From NCBI RefSeq assembly GCF_004010195.1, contig NC_057718.1, forward strand, positions 105,523,024 to 105,587,023: a DNA stretch of 64,000 nt. Reading direction: 5' to 3'. The position numbers and the translations under genes were made by a program. This DNA is from Chiloscyllium plagiosum. Taxonomy: Eukaryota. This document shows positions 12,913 to 26,035 of the stretch, piece by piece (within the stretch, counting starts at the first letter, position 1; each line of letters starts with the position of its first letter). The notes below the pieces were generated by a model. It searched no databases and had not been told where the DNA came from. It worked only from the letters and a program-made list of their open reading frames with translations.

Positions 12913-14569
12913 TTGCTTGACTTCCTGACACTTGGTCCACTCTTAATTTAGCATCACTCATCATTTCAGACCTGGACATTAATAATTACTCTGTCCAACA
13001 TTTAAAATAAATAGTCTTCTTTGCTTTAATGAAAGGATTTAAATAAAAACACGTACCTCGTTCCACAATTAAAACATGGGTTGTTAGATAATACAAAGTG
13101 TAATCATGCAGAAGAAAGCACATCTTAAACCAAATTAATTACTAAGTAATTATCAAGAACAAAAGTAAACATAGGTTTAGGTTTAAAGAGCTGTTTAAAA
13201 AAATAAATTGATAGTGAAAGAAACTAAAATACTAACTATGGGATAACAATGGGTTATGTTGGCTATCTTTGCCCATACACTGAGCAAATGAATTAATGTT
13301 TAAAATGTTAACAAATAATAGGATCATTGTATTTTGACAGTTTTTGTCCTTTCAAACCTTTTAATCTTTTCACAGTCTTAAGTTTTCATTAACAAGAAAT
13401 TTCTAAATTATACTATTGCCTAACTGAATTCATGGCAGTATGGTCAAAGAACTGCAAGTAAAGCAAACTGTTTTGATCTAGGAAACCTTCTCTTAAGAAT
13501 GTTAATCTGGTAGATCACATGCTGGCACAACATGGCACACACAATCGCTTACTCACAATGTAACAATTAAAAGTACTGATTCACGCGAATATTTATTTCA
13601 TAGTAAGGATTTTTTACACCGTAGCAGTTTGCAGACGTAAGAACCTTTAGGAATTAAAATTCATTTTATTTTAAGTATCATTTTGAAATTACTCCCAAAA
13701 TTTAGTAAATACCATGCATCTCGAAATTTGATGACAATGCCTTCAGCATCCCTTCCACTAATCTTCTAAAATCCCTTTTCATCTGATTGTTAAAGAATGC
13801 TTGAAGCCTGACACCATGGCTAAGATGGCTACACATTTGGGGGATGGGATGACTTTTTCTTCTTATATTTTTAACTTGATTTGGAATCTGAACTGAGAGT
13901 TCAAACCAATTTTGTGCATTTTTTTCATCTTCAGTCATAAATATTGCCCGAACAAAGGTAGTTAAAAGATACACGCATGTAAATAAATATAGACACAGAA
14001 AAGAAATGTATCATATTTGAAAACTGACTTGCAGATTATCAATAGGGATCTTGTATTTTAGAAAATATAACTTTAAAATAATTCCTTACAAATTAAAGCC
14101 GGAGGCATTATAGATTTAGATTTTCAATTACTGATGTATTAAATTGTTTGATGCTTAAACTGACAGCTTATAGGAAGACTTTTAACTGATACTACAAATC
14201 TCACGACAGTGAAGCTCCAGACTTAGCGAAAAAGTGTTTGACAATCCAGTCTACAGAAACCATGCGAGGGTAGTATGTAATGATGATTTTTTTTCCTCTT
14301 TCTTGTGGATTGTGACTGGGGATAGATGAAAGATTTATTTGTTCTGAAATAGCAGGAAATCTTGATTTTCTGAAGGTATGGTACTGGCAAACACTACTTC
14401 ATTCTTGGAGCCTACTGGAATGAATCTAGCCAAAAATAAAGGATGTCTACAGAAAGTTTAAGGCAGGTCCTACTGGAAGACCAAGTGACTACAACTGCCA
14501 ACCCAGAAGAAAACTGGGCAATGCGAGGTTTTCAGTAGAATTTTGTTCAGATTTTTTAAATACAAAAAC

Positions 14570-15069
14570 NNNNNNNNNNNNNNNNNNNNNNNNNNNNNNN
14601 NNNNNNNNNNNNNNNNNNNNNNNNNNNNNNNNNNNNNNNNNNNNNNNNNNNNNNNNNNNNNNNNNNNNNNNNNNNNNNNNNNNNNNNNNNNNNNNNNNNN
14701 NNNNNNNNNNNNNNNNNNNNNNNNNNNNNNNNNNNNNNNNNNNNNNNNNNNNNNNNNNNNNNNNNNNNNNNNNNNNNNNNNNNNNNNNNNNNNNNNNNNN
14801 NNNNNNNNNNNNNNNNNNNNNNNNNNNNNNNNNNNNNNNNNNNNNNNNNNNNNNNNNNNNNNNNNNNNNNNNNNNNNNNNNNNNNNNNNNNNNNNNNNNN
14901 NNNNNNNNNNNNNNNNNNNNNNNNNNNNNNNNNNNNNNNNNNNNNNNNNNNNNNNNNNNNNNNNNNNNNNNNNNNNNNNNNNNNNNNNNNNNNNNNNNNN
15001 NNNNNNNNNNNNNNNNNNNNNNNNNNNNNNNNNNNNNNNNNNNNNNNNNNNNNNNNNNNNNNNNNNNNN
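14570..15069. other. Assembly gap (500 N)
   Basis: Run of N. Confidence 1.
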
Positions 15070-15079
15070 TTGTCGATTG

Positions 15080-17060
15080 TTAGAAAAACCCATCTGTTTC
15101 ACTAATGTCCTATAGGGAAGGAAAGTGTCATCCTTACCTCACCTGGCCTGCATGTGATTCCAGACCTACAGCAATGTGGTTGACACTTAACTGCCCTCTG
15201 GGAAATTAGTAATGGGCAATAAATGCTGGCCTAGCCAGTGACATCCGCATCCTGTCAACATAAAGTTGTTATTAGGGAAATGGGCCACGCATCAGCCATG
15301 ATCTCATTGAATGGTGGAACAGTCTTATGGGGCTGTCTGGCCTCCTCTTGTTCATATGTACATAAAGTTGATAAAGTACTAAGACCAGATGAGATGATTC
15401 AAGGATATTGAGGGCAGCAAGTGTGGAAATTGTGAACACATTGGCCAAACTTTTCCAGTCTTCGTTAGACTCAATGTTGGTGGCAGAGGACTACAAAATT
15501 TGAAACATTATGCCCTTATTCAAAAAATGGATGTAAAGATACACACCAAAACCACAGACTAGTTAGCTGTGGGGAATCTTTTTGAAACAATAATTCAGGG
15601 CTAATTCATTAGTCAAATAGACAAATATGGATTAAAGAAGGAAAGCAAGTATGCATTTAGAGTCACTGAGCTGTACAGCATGGAAACAAATCCTTCAGTC
15701 CAACTCGTCCATGCTGACCAGATATCCGAAATTAATCTAGTCCTGTTTGACAGTATTTGGCCCATATCCTGCTAAACCCTTTCAATTCATATGCCTTTTA
15801 AATGTTGTAATTGTACCAGCCTCCATCACTTCCTCTGGCAGCTCATTCTGTACACACACCACTGTCTTTTCAATCTTTCCCCTCTCACCTTAAACCTATG
15901 CCCTCTGGCTTTGGACTCCACAGTCCCAGGAAAGACCTTGGCTATTCACCCTGTCCATGCCCTTCATGATTTTACAAAACTTTATAAGGTTACCCTTCGC
16001 GCTCCGACACTCTTAGGGAAAATAGCCCAAGCATATTCAGCTCAAACCCTCCAACCCTGACAGCATCTTTGTAAACCTTTTCTGCATCCTTTCAGGTTTA
16101 ACACCATCTTTCATAAGGCAGGGAGACCACAATTTAACGTAGTATTCCAAAACTGGCCCAACCAATGTCCTGTACACCCACAACGTGACATCCCAACTCC
16201 TATACTCAAGGCACTAATCTATAAAGGCAAGGATACCAAACACCTTCTTCACTATCCTACCTACCTGTGACTCCACCTTCAAGGAGCTATGAACCTGCAC
16301 CCCGAGGTCTCTTTGTTTGGCAATACTCTCCAGACCCTACCATTAAATGTATTAGTCCTGCCCTGGTTTGCCTTACCAAAATACCACCCCTCACATTTAT
16401 CTAAATTAAACTCCATCTGTCAGTCCTTGGCCTATCTGATCAAGGTCACTGTCTGCTATACCAGCAATTTTGGTGTCATCTGCAAACTTACTAACCATTC
16501 CTCCTATATTCACATCCCAATCATTTATATAAATGACAAAACTTAGGGGACCCAGCACCGCTGGTCACAGGCCTCCAGTCCGAAAAGTAACCCTCTATAC
16601 CATCACCCTCTGTCTCCTTTACAGAAAATTATGCAGAATTAACTAAAGAGTATTTTGAAGAGGGTAATGGTATTGATTTGTTGTAGTTGAACTTCAAAAA
16701 GCTACAGTGTCCCACAAATGGTACCAGGTGTGAAGAACCTTCAGTAATGAAGAGATATTAGAGAACTTGGGATTGTTTTTCTCAGAGAACAGTAGATTTT
16801 ATTTAGGTATTCAAAATTGATAGCAAAAAGAGGAAAAAAATCTTTTCAAGCATAAGTGGCTGGAATCTGGAATGCACTCCCTGAGTGGAGTGGAGGCAGG
16901 TTTAGTCCAGGCATTTAAAAATAATTACATAATTATCTGGAAAGGAAGAATATGCATGATTACAGGGGGAAGGTGATAATAGTGCAAAGTGAGTTGTTGG
17001 ACAGCCATTGCAGGCATGATGCATCGAATTGGTTCCTTCTGGTCTGCAACAATTCTGTGA
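15080..17060. mobile_element. Cluster of LINE fragments: LINE 3' tail (about 15085-15265), old plus-strand CR1, nested minus-strand CR1 3' part (about 15660-16620)
   Basis: 15660-16000 is the reverse complement of the CR1 tail family at 29500-29790. Flanks carry decayed CR1 RT motifs. Confidence 0.8.
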
Positions 17061-17899
17061 ATCCGTTAAATCTCTGTTTATCCAAAAAACATAAGCACAG
17101 TAAGGAATGTTCATACATTGCTTGACTTACTAACAGTATTCTCTCTCAGAATGCACTGTTTAGGATTCTGACTTTCAGAAGTTTACTAGTATACATACCA
17201 TAATCTGTGTACTGAAGTAGGGTTCTTTTAGGATGAATTAAGCCAAGACAACAACTCTTCTATCCTTTCATCACCATGGTGGAATCTCAAAAAGGTGGTT
17301 ATTTAAATGTGTTTCAAGAATATTATAAAAGCATACTAGATCATAGGTGTGACTTAAAAATATAACACCCAAATATTAATTTTGTGTGCCTTACGTGGTT
17401 TCCCATTTTGATTTAGATTAGATGAGTTATGGGTTTCCTCAAACTTTATATTCATTGGGTGCCAATTCTGACTTTAACAAGAGTGGATCCAAAAGATCTC
17501 AAACCAATGCAACCTCCTCATAGATTTTGACTTTAGTTTTTAAAGTGAGATTGCGAGAAATAAAGGATTTATGATCAACATGCAACAACAGCCACCTATT
17601 TGGATTCTGATGGTACTGGGGATTTTCCATGATTGAAGATGCATAGAACAATGGGATGGTCCAGCTGATATCTCTGGATTGCTTGTAGCATATGATCAGC
17701 TAAAGGAAAGACTACCTTCTAGCTAAAAGTGCTTCAGGTTTTAAAATATCAAATGTTTTTTAAAATAACAAAGGAATAGAATGGGATTAATTCCAAATCA
17801 AAGCAAACTGTTGGAGTATGTAGATGAAAATACATGCAATAAAACATTTGAGAGAATTATTTTTTACATGAGGTGAACAGAATACCTGTATCCATGGTT

Positions 17900-18837
17900 G
17901 ATGATCACCTGAAGACAGTCACCTGGAGCTATTCTCCTATGATTTAGGTAACAAGGGTACTTCTGATCATTATTTTTGGGACTCTTGTTTAAAAGATTGT
18001 GAAAATTGATTCATTTCAAAGACTGTAGAGAGGCCTGGACTTGTTTCTTTTAAAGATAAGTGACTGGAATGTAACAATGGACTTTTTTTTCCCAAAACAC
18101 TGACCGGAAGAGAAGACCTTCATAGACTATGGAACTGCTTGGATTTGATAACAGTGAAATCACATGTCTAATTTGATGGCTGATGGATGATTGGATATTG
18201 TTCGGAAAAAGACATTTAGGCTGTAGCCTGCTAAGTGGGAAGCTACCCAACTCATCCTTTCCCAACCTTTTGAGAAAAGCCCTTCTAGAGTGCAGTGGGA
18301 GCACAGGTGAATTGATGCAGCAATTCTCCTCAGAAGCCAAAAGATTTGAGCTTGACATTTGCTTGCTTCCGAAAAGCTCCCTGTAACAACCAGAGGCATC
18401 GAGTGATTCATCTAAATATACCAGGATACCAGACTGGAAACCATCTGGATATTTCTGTTCGTATTCGTTTTCTTCAAGAGTTAACAATTATTTGACTAAA
18501 CTATTATGATTTTGTAAAAAGTTGATCTCTGCAAAGAATTTTAGATTTATTTTAAACTGATGTGTGCGCGCATGCATGTTGAGTTATTTAGAAGTATTAA
18601 TATTTATACTTTTACTTTTCAAATGATCAGATTTGCATCCTTGTTGAATAAATCTTGATTCCATAATAAATAAACAAATAATTTTGTGAAACCTTTTAAA
18701 ATATTTTGAAACTAATTTATATAAAGTATATAATTGGTCATATCAGAAACTGGATAAAATATTTAAATGTATGTTGTCACCTGTAGAATTGTGGAACTAG
18801 AGGAAGACAATGTATTCCTTCAACGTCAATTGGAACA
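17900..18837 (+). mobile_element. Possible old LTR-like repeat
   Basis: AATAAA cluster and a 3' end (gtggaactagaggaagacaatgtattcc...ggaaca) with LTR-like organisation. Boundaries uncertain; no TSD found. Confidence 0.35.
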
Positions 18838-21023
18838 CCAGAGAAGGAATGATTCCATCAACTACAGCTGATGTCTTTCAGACCAACAGACATTGCTATC
18901 ATTTTTAGTTACAAGGTTTACTCAAACTGTGGTTACAAGTATTATCAAATCAATAAAACTTATATTTACTTTCATGTTCGCATTATTCTTATAAACATAT
19001 TATTCCTCAGAATAAAGGAAGTCTGTGAGAGTGTAAGTTCTGGGCTAGAGTCTGAAGGACACTGAGCTCCCTCTGGTGAAGGAATAACATGTTCATTAAG
19101 GAAGCACCACCTCTGGAATGATAATCCCTGCAGCTGTTTTTGCTTACATTATTGGCTAAATTTTCATAACCATGAGCATTATTAGAGCATTGCAGTAATT
19201 AAGAGTTGTTATAAAGTGAATTCTCAAACTGCAGATTAGAAAATTAAACTATTTCCTGATTACATATTAATGGAACACAACAATAGCAGTTGCCATAAGC
19301 TTGGAAGGCAACCAAGGGATAAATCTGTGTACTTAATTACCATAAACAATGGCTGCATAGAAATGAAGTTTTATGCACATTCCCTTCTGTAATATGTCTG
19401 ATATCACTACACACTTGACAATTCTTGTTCAATTATCTCTATTATTTAAGGCACTGTGAACTGCTCCATGTAAATAAATTAACCACCCCAATTACTTTCA
19501 ATTCATTGAGGGACGCCATAATGGAAAATGTCAAGAAGTGCATATGCTTACAGAATTCACTTCAGAAGATACCTCTAAAAGTAAAACAGTATTTACTGCT
19601 AAGTAAAAACAAAAACATATGACTGACAACTTTAAAGAAAACCTTTGTTTTAAAACTGCAAATAAACTGGAGTGCATTTTGTTCTTTAATATGGTTTGCA
19701 CTAGTTTTTGTGGATATTTAATTTTATTAATTCCAAGAAATAACATTTAACCTTGCCTTCAGTTTTTTTGAGGATGCCTACGTTTTTTTTGCATCTATCA
19801 CACAATTAGTTCTGGTAACCACCAAAAGACTCGGTAACGTTTTAAAACAAAGGACATATTTCATCAGGTATTTTGTAGTACATATCAGTGTTACTGGCAC
19901 AAAACAAATCATCAGAGCAATTCTGTGATTGACAAAGGGCCTGTTTTTAAAAATTATTTTCATCACCAGCAGAGAACTGCTGCAGTGCATCAGTGTGGTG
20001 GCAATTAGAACTGCGCTATTATAGTACTGCAAATGCCAACAACTTTATTCAAAGTTTCTTTAGGGTAGGGAAAATGTCTGACTAAAACATGTAATGCCCA
20101 TTCCATCTGGCCAGTAATTAAGGAACTACCACAGAAATGACACAGCAACTGAAGGGAGATTTCCAACTTGCTCAGAGATATTGTCTTGTAAGGAAGTAAA
20201 ATTAATCACTTGCAAGTTCCAGAGGTTTGTGACATTGTAGCATTCAGATGCAATGTGCTATTAAAGTACTGCAACAATTCAACAGTAGCTAAGTTAAGCA
20301 CTATTATGTCAAATTAAAGCCTGCAGAAACAAAACTTAAGATAGTTGACAATGTTTAAAGGAAAAGCATACAGTATTTTAAATGAATCAACCATACTTCT
20401 TGCGATTGAATGGTATAATTTCTCAGCAAATTATTTAAAGTGCTAGAACGAATAAATGTTCAGTTACTCAAAATTCTATATAGTTCATTACACAGAAATA
20501 TAATCAATTCTAGCATTTTTAATTTGTAACTTGGTATTTCAATTTGTAATTTTAATACAATGTGTTACAGTCTCCACTTCATTTTGTACCTTGCTGGTGG
20601 CGAATATTAGTATGAAAAATGCACTGCTTCGACATAAAGCATTCATTTGGGAGTTCTTAGGATCAATTCCAGTTTTGCACTGGGTGGAACTGAGGTATCT
20701 ACAGCACACCCTTTACATATTCTTTCTAAATGCACCACTCCATTCACTAACTGTACAAAACACGTTATTTAGGTGAGGGAAAAATAGCAACATGAGGATG
20801 TATAAGTAAGTCATTTATCTTGTGGTGATATATCGGCCTGTTTCATGCTGCAGATTTAGTTTTAACAATAAAGCAGAGGCTTATTATGTTAAAAAAGAAT
20901 AAATCAAAGCATCTACGAATAACATTCATTTAAAGATTTTGAAACGTAATAAAAATCCCACTCATTGCAACAGCATTCCATTACAATACTCAAATATCAG
21001 AGAGGTCACGTAGGTCTGACTTA

Positions 21024-21077
21024 TGATTTGGAGGTGACGGTGTTGGACTGGGGTGTACAAAATTAAAAATCACACAA
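21024..21077 (-). mobile_element. 54-nt terminal fragment of pLTR family 2 with 12-bp direct repeat
   Basis: Matches 46716-46770. Flanked by AGGTCTGACTTA at 21012-21023 and 21078-21089. Confidence 0.85.
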
Positions 21078-24000
21078 AGGTCTGACTTAGCTGTGGTTTC
21101 ACTTCCCAGTCGTGAGCATTTGATTGTCTCTTCCTTGATTCGTCCTATAACTAAATTTAAAGTTTCTCAGCTTTATAATTTCTCAGCTTCATGTTACTCC
21201 TTCAGGGTTTTAACCAAGCACTTTTGGTCTGAAACATTTAAAACTCACTACACAGAAGTAACTTCTTTCTTAACCGTCCTAAACTGTCTCCCTTTCTCAG
21301 GTGAAACTGTTTCACACATCCAAATTCAGCCAAGACTTCTGCAAAACTGCCCAAGTTGGTTGACATTAAAAAGCTTTCTTCCAAGTTATGAGTGCTCCCC
21401 TAAGTCCAAACATTTATTCCTGCATCTTCAATTTGAAGTCTAATGCACATTGTTTACTTTGTTCATTCATAAATTCTCCTAATTTAAACAAAACTCCACT
21501 ATACTTCAGGAAGTCTCTCTCTAATACCGTGTTTTAAAAGAAATCACCATGGCTGCAAAGATACCTACAGATTAATCATTAAATCAATTTTGACACAGAA
21601 AACCGATATGCCATTAGTCCAAAATGAAAAGAACAAAATAAATTATATCAAAATATATATAGAAAACATACCTTACAGCACACTCACTATCACAATTTAT
21701 AGGCTTTGTATCAGATATTAATTTTGATTCTTGAGCACCGACCACTTTACCAAATTTACTTCTCATCCCTTATAACTGCATTGCAACCTTTTAGCAATAC
21801 CCAATTAGAAAGAGCATAACTGAGAAATCATTAACATACAACTCTGGTTGCAAAAACTGACATCTGAAATATGGAAAACAGACTGAAACAGCACTTACTG
21901 AGATGACTGACAGTTGCAAATCATTCTCATTAAATAACTTTATACAGTTTCACAGCAAGTACAATTGAGCTCCCCACACTTCTGTCTTAGTAATGGAAAC
22001 CAATGAAGATGTGACTTACTCACTCTTTGAAGATGAGCTCACCTTATCTAGCTAAGGTTTTGAAGCTAAGCTGGGCCAGATTTCATAACATATGTTGCCT
22101 CTTGTTATGCGAAACACAGCTCCCACTGTGCCTGGGAGAAAGCGAGAGCACGAGCGAGCAAAAACATGAAATAAAAAGTAAGAGTGAAAGAGTGAGAGAC
22201 AACGAGAATAAGTGGAATTAGAAATCAAGCACAATAGAGTGACAAAGAGTGAAAGCAAGAATCAGCGAAAGTGAGAGCAAGCATGGAAACAATTGGGAAA
22301 GAAACAGCTTTTCAAGTTATTTTGACGGGGGGCTGTGGGAGTCTTACCTCACTGAATTGTCAAAACTGGTTACAATCCAATGTGAAACTTACTCCCTGAC
22401 GTAGCAAGTGCTTCCTGAGGTCTCCTTCACTCAAATCCCCTGCTGTATGAATGGAATGGTTCAACAATTGGATCCTTAGGTGCTGGCTGCAGCGAGTGAT
22501 CCCCACAATGGAAACAATGCACAAAGCTGCTATAACTGTTTAGATACTCAATACCTCAAAATATCAATACCAGCCGAAAACAAATCTCAGGCTACAGACG
22601 TATTGAGAAAAAGGTAGATAGGTTACAACTTTACGAGAACGAGCTTGTCTCCCAGTATTCCAGGAAAGGCAGGTATTAAATCAATAGCAAATTTTGTACA
22701 ATGCTCGATCTTCTTTCTACTGCAGCTCTCTGTTTTTGGGACTCATTTTTCTTGTCTCATTCTCAATCTTACATTGCTCGAAATTAAAAATCATAGAGTA
22801 TTTTCCATGTCGATAGAAAATAAAAACAGACACAAACAAGGCTCAGCTGCTGTTTAGGTCTCTGCAGTTGGACATGCAGCCATTTCAGCAGGTTAAATCT
22901 AATCTGTAAAATCTTCCAAAATCCTTTCAGCACTGAGTCCTAGTTCATCAAGGCCAGATACATCTTCGAAACCACTTGCTTTGACTTGAAAATTTTAAAT
23001 ATACAAATGTGTAAACTAAGAACAATTTCATATTTCCCTAACAGGTAGTTTAAGTGTTCGACTGGCAAAAGAAACTAGTCACCTGTTCAAAATCTTGGCT
23101 AGAGACTTCTGCTTAATGTGCTTGGGGTGGCATTGGAATAAGAGAGACACAAGAATTTTAAATAGAAGCAAAAATTGTAACTGATTTTACACTGAGCTTT
23201 TAAAATTTAAAGATGGTCACTTAACATCTTGGAAAGTCACTAATTTGCAAATATTGTGTTTCACAAGTGCCTAAAGATTCAGAAATTCAGGAGCATGGTC
23301 CATTGTGGCAGGATTAGATAAATATCCTAAGCAGGAATGGTGAAGTCTGATGCTTTCCAGATATTGGAGTTTGGGGCTCATTTAATAGAGTGTGTATATC
23401 AGCCTTCCAGCAAAGACCAAAGAATGAAAAAGGGAGATCAGAGTAGCGGGCCTAGATTGATTGATTTAGTGAGAGGAGGGCAAGAAGCATTGGTGATTAA
23501 TCCCTTCTATGTGGGGTCAAGTAGATCACTCCTGATCCTCCTGGCTCCACACTCAGATAGCTACTTGCTTTGTTAATTGTAGGTGATACATAGGACAGGT
23601 TTCCCTTAGTGCAGTCTGACAGCCAGTACCAAAGTTGGAGAGGAAAGTTGAATCAAAAGTTATTGCTTATTCTTATTTGCTTATGCAAAGATCTTAACAA
23701 TTGTGAGAGGTATAGGTGAATGACATACCTGGGTCTATTCTCACCCAACATGATAGGAAACACATTTCTGGCTACATGTATACAATTCATGCTCTTCATT
23801 TGGCATCTTCAGTTTCTGCACTGCAGCTAAAACATGTGCGCTGGGTGAATAAACTTACAGGCCTAAATGTTTCAGTGACATTAGCTAGGTAAAGGCTGTA
23901 CCACATTTCAGCTTGGCTCCGTTGTCTCATTTCCTTACATCTAAAACCACAACAAGCTTTTTTTTAAAATAGCTATCTTGATGTAGTATCTACTAAATAC

Positions 24001-24531
24001 AACTTGTGTATGTAGTATCAGAGCATCATGTTGTCATACTATTACTGTAAAGGAAGCTGAAAATAACATGGAAATCTTCTGACCTACTCTTGTGAAAAAT
24101 AATTGTTGAGTATCTATAACAACACTCAAATTTTTGCTGTTTAGTCAACACAAGCTTCCATTTGCACTGCATATGGTTTCATGCAGTACTTGGCTTCAGC
24201 AGGGCAACTGTTTTCCTCTGAATCAGTAGAACAGTAGAGATCTCACATTTTGCTGCAGCATATCAATGAGGCACGGATATGTATTCCAGCTCTGCATGGA
24301 TGAACACACTGTTCAATAGTGCTGGCTCACACAGTATCAGGTTGAGTTATCACTTCCCATGAAGGCACTCTTATCACCAGTGCCCAGAGAGGTGGCTGCG
24401 ACTCACAGCCTTTCATTTTCAAGGCAGTTTGCTGAACATTCAGGCTTCAAAGATTCACATTTTCAAACTCTATAAGAGTTTGTGAACACTCAATTTGCCA
24501 AAACTGTTTACAGTGTAATTGGGCACCGTAC

Positions 24532-24655
24532 CTGTGTCCATGAGATAGCGAAGACGCTTCTCCACCACTGCGGCCCGTGTGTCAATTTGCTTCTGCTCAT
24601 TCTCCAATGCTGCCAATTCTCCAACAACATACTGACTCGTGTCTTTGAACCCTTT
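24532..24655 (-). CDS. EHBP1: EHBP1 exon, 124 nt, phase 0-1, start of the bMERB Rab-binding domain
   Basis: ttttcttgtcaacag|AAAGGG...GACACAG|gtacgg. Encodes KGFKDTSQYVVGELAALENEQKQIDTRAAVVEKRLRYLMDT(G), nearly identical to recalled human EHBP1. Confidence 0.96.
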
Positions 24656-25603
24656 CTGTTGACAAGAAAAAAAATCACGACATTAAACAAAATATATAAT
24701 ACAATTATAAAAAGATATGCTTTCCTTAATCTAGTGTACGCCACAAAATATATTTTGGTGCTTACAAATTTTGCCCAAAGTGCAGCTAACATCAGAATTC
24801 CCAAAGAAAAGTTAAATGTGAGTATTCATTTTTCGTCAGATGTGAAATCTTGTTTTTAAAAATGTTTACCATGTAGTAAACACCTGCCAATACAGCCAAT
24901 CTGATACATTTTCCATTTTATGCACTATAATGATCAATGTAAATTTTGGGAGTAAAATTACCATAATTAAGATAATACATTAAAAATCCCTTTTCCTGAA
25001 TTATTTTGGTAACTGACTATCAATAAGTTTCCTCCTTTCATTCCATCAAATCTTTCCTCACAAATCAATTTTACAGATGATCAGCCCATTTTCCCACTGT
25101 GCTGAACCTCCCCATTAATTAAGTGAAAAAATTATCATATATATTATATTAACGCAAACATCATTCAGTTGGTAATTCATGGCTGATCTGTATAATGGAA
25201 AGGTTGAACACCCATTAACCCATGCCAACAAAATGGGTTGTCTGGGAAATTCTAGCAGGTCTCCTGTGACTTTCCCTTCCAACTGAAGCTTGCAGTATCC
25301 ACTTTTGTCATAATTAAAATTCTCCTGGTAGATCAATACTGGAATCTCTTTATGGGAAGTGCCCTGATGGAAATGTCTCAAGGATGTTGAAGCTGTGCAA
25401 GTCTGAAAAATTCATCTTTTATCTGACAATTATCACTACACTGCAGACTAATTCAGTGGTGCACCCCTTTCACTTTGCATTGAAAATGTGAGAGATTGAC
25501 ATCTGAAAACCCAACATCTCATTTTTTACCAATGAAGACAGCATTTCTTTATATGACCCAAGAAATAATCACAGTCAGTAAAGCACAGAAAAATTTAACG
25601 TAC

Positions 25604-25713
25604 ACCAAATACTTCATCTTCTGCTGGCTTTCTCGGAGTTGTTTCACATATTTCCGTTCTTTCTTCATTTCTTTTTTTTGCATCTTCTTGTATTGATCTT
25701 TGCCTTTTAACCT
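25604..25713 (-). CDS. EHBP1: EHBP1 internal exon, 110 nt, phase 1-0
   Basis: taaaaag|AGGTTAAA...GTATTTGGT|gtacgt. Encodes (E)VKRQRSIQEDAKKRNEERTEICETTPRKPAEDEVFG (recalled human: EMKRQRSIQEDTKKGNEEKAAITETQRKPSEDEVLN). Phases match both neighbouring exons. Confidence 0.93.
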
Positions 25714-25896
25714 CTTTTTATTAAAAAAAAGGGTAAGATATTCAGAAATTGGTTAAAATTATTAACTCCACCTTGAGCAGAGGAGGTTATTCTTACAGAG
25801 GAGGTTAATTTCAATCTTATAAAAAGCATCTCTGGCAGCTAGAGAAAATGAAGTGCTATATAATATTTTAACATTCTTATCTCACGAATTTCTCAC

Positions 25897-26035
25897 CTGG
25901 TCTGCTTTCCACATACTGACTAAATGACTGAAGATGGGTTCGTCTCACAGCTGAATCTTTATTGAACACCACAGGACCTCGCAAACGTTCGGTGGCTTGA
26001 CGCAAATGCTCAGCACGATGATCCTCCATTTCATT
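25897..26035 (-). CDS. EHBP1: EHBP1 internal exon, 139 nt, phase 0-1
   Basis: ccctggcag|AATGAA...AGACCAG|gtgaga. Encodes NEMEDHRAEHLRQATERLRGPVVFNKDSAVRRTHLQSFSQYVESRP (recalled human: PVVFSKDSTVRKTQLQSFSQYIENRP). Confidence 0.95.

Noticed and set aside
14470..15115. Long ORFs in the ORF track
   Set aside because: They run through the 500-N gap.
18050..18487. 145-aa minus-strand ORF
   Set aside because: No recognisable domain or splice context; lies in a probable old LTR-like repeat.
1..24500. Next EHBP1 exon (expected RNTEEEEAMMQEWF-like)
   Set aside because: Not found by reading the minus strand; it probably lies left of the window, or could be hidden in the gap.
25604..25713. Alternative reading LKGKDQYKKMQKKEMKK using the second AG
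   Set aside because: Breaks the EHBP1 frame; the acceptor at 25714-25715 gives the conserved peptide.
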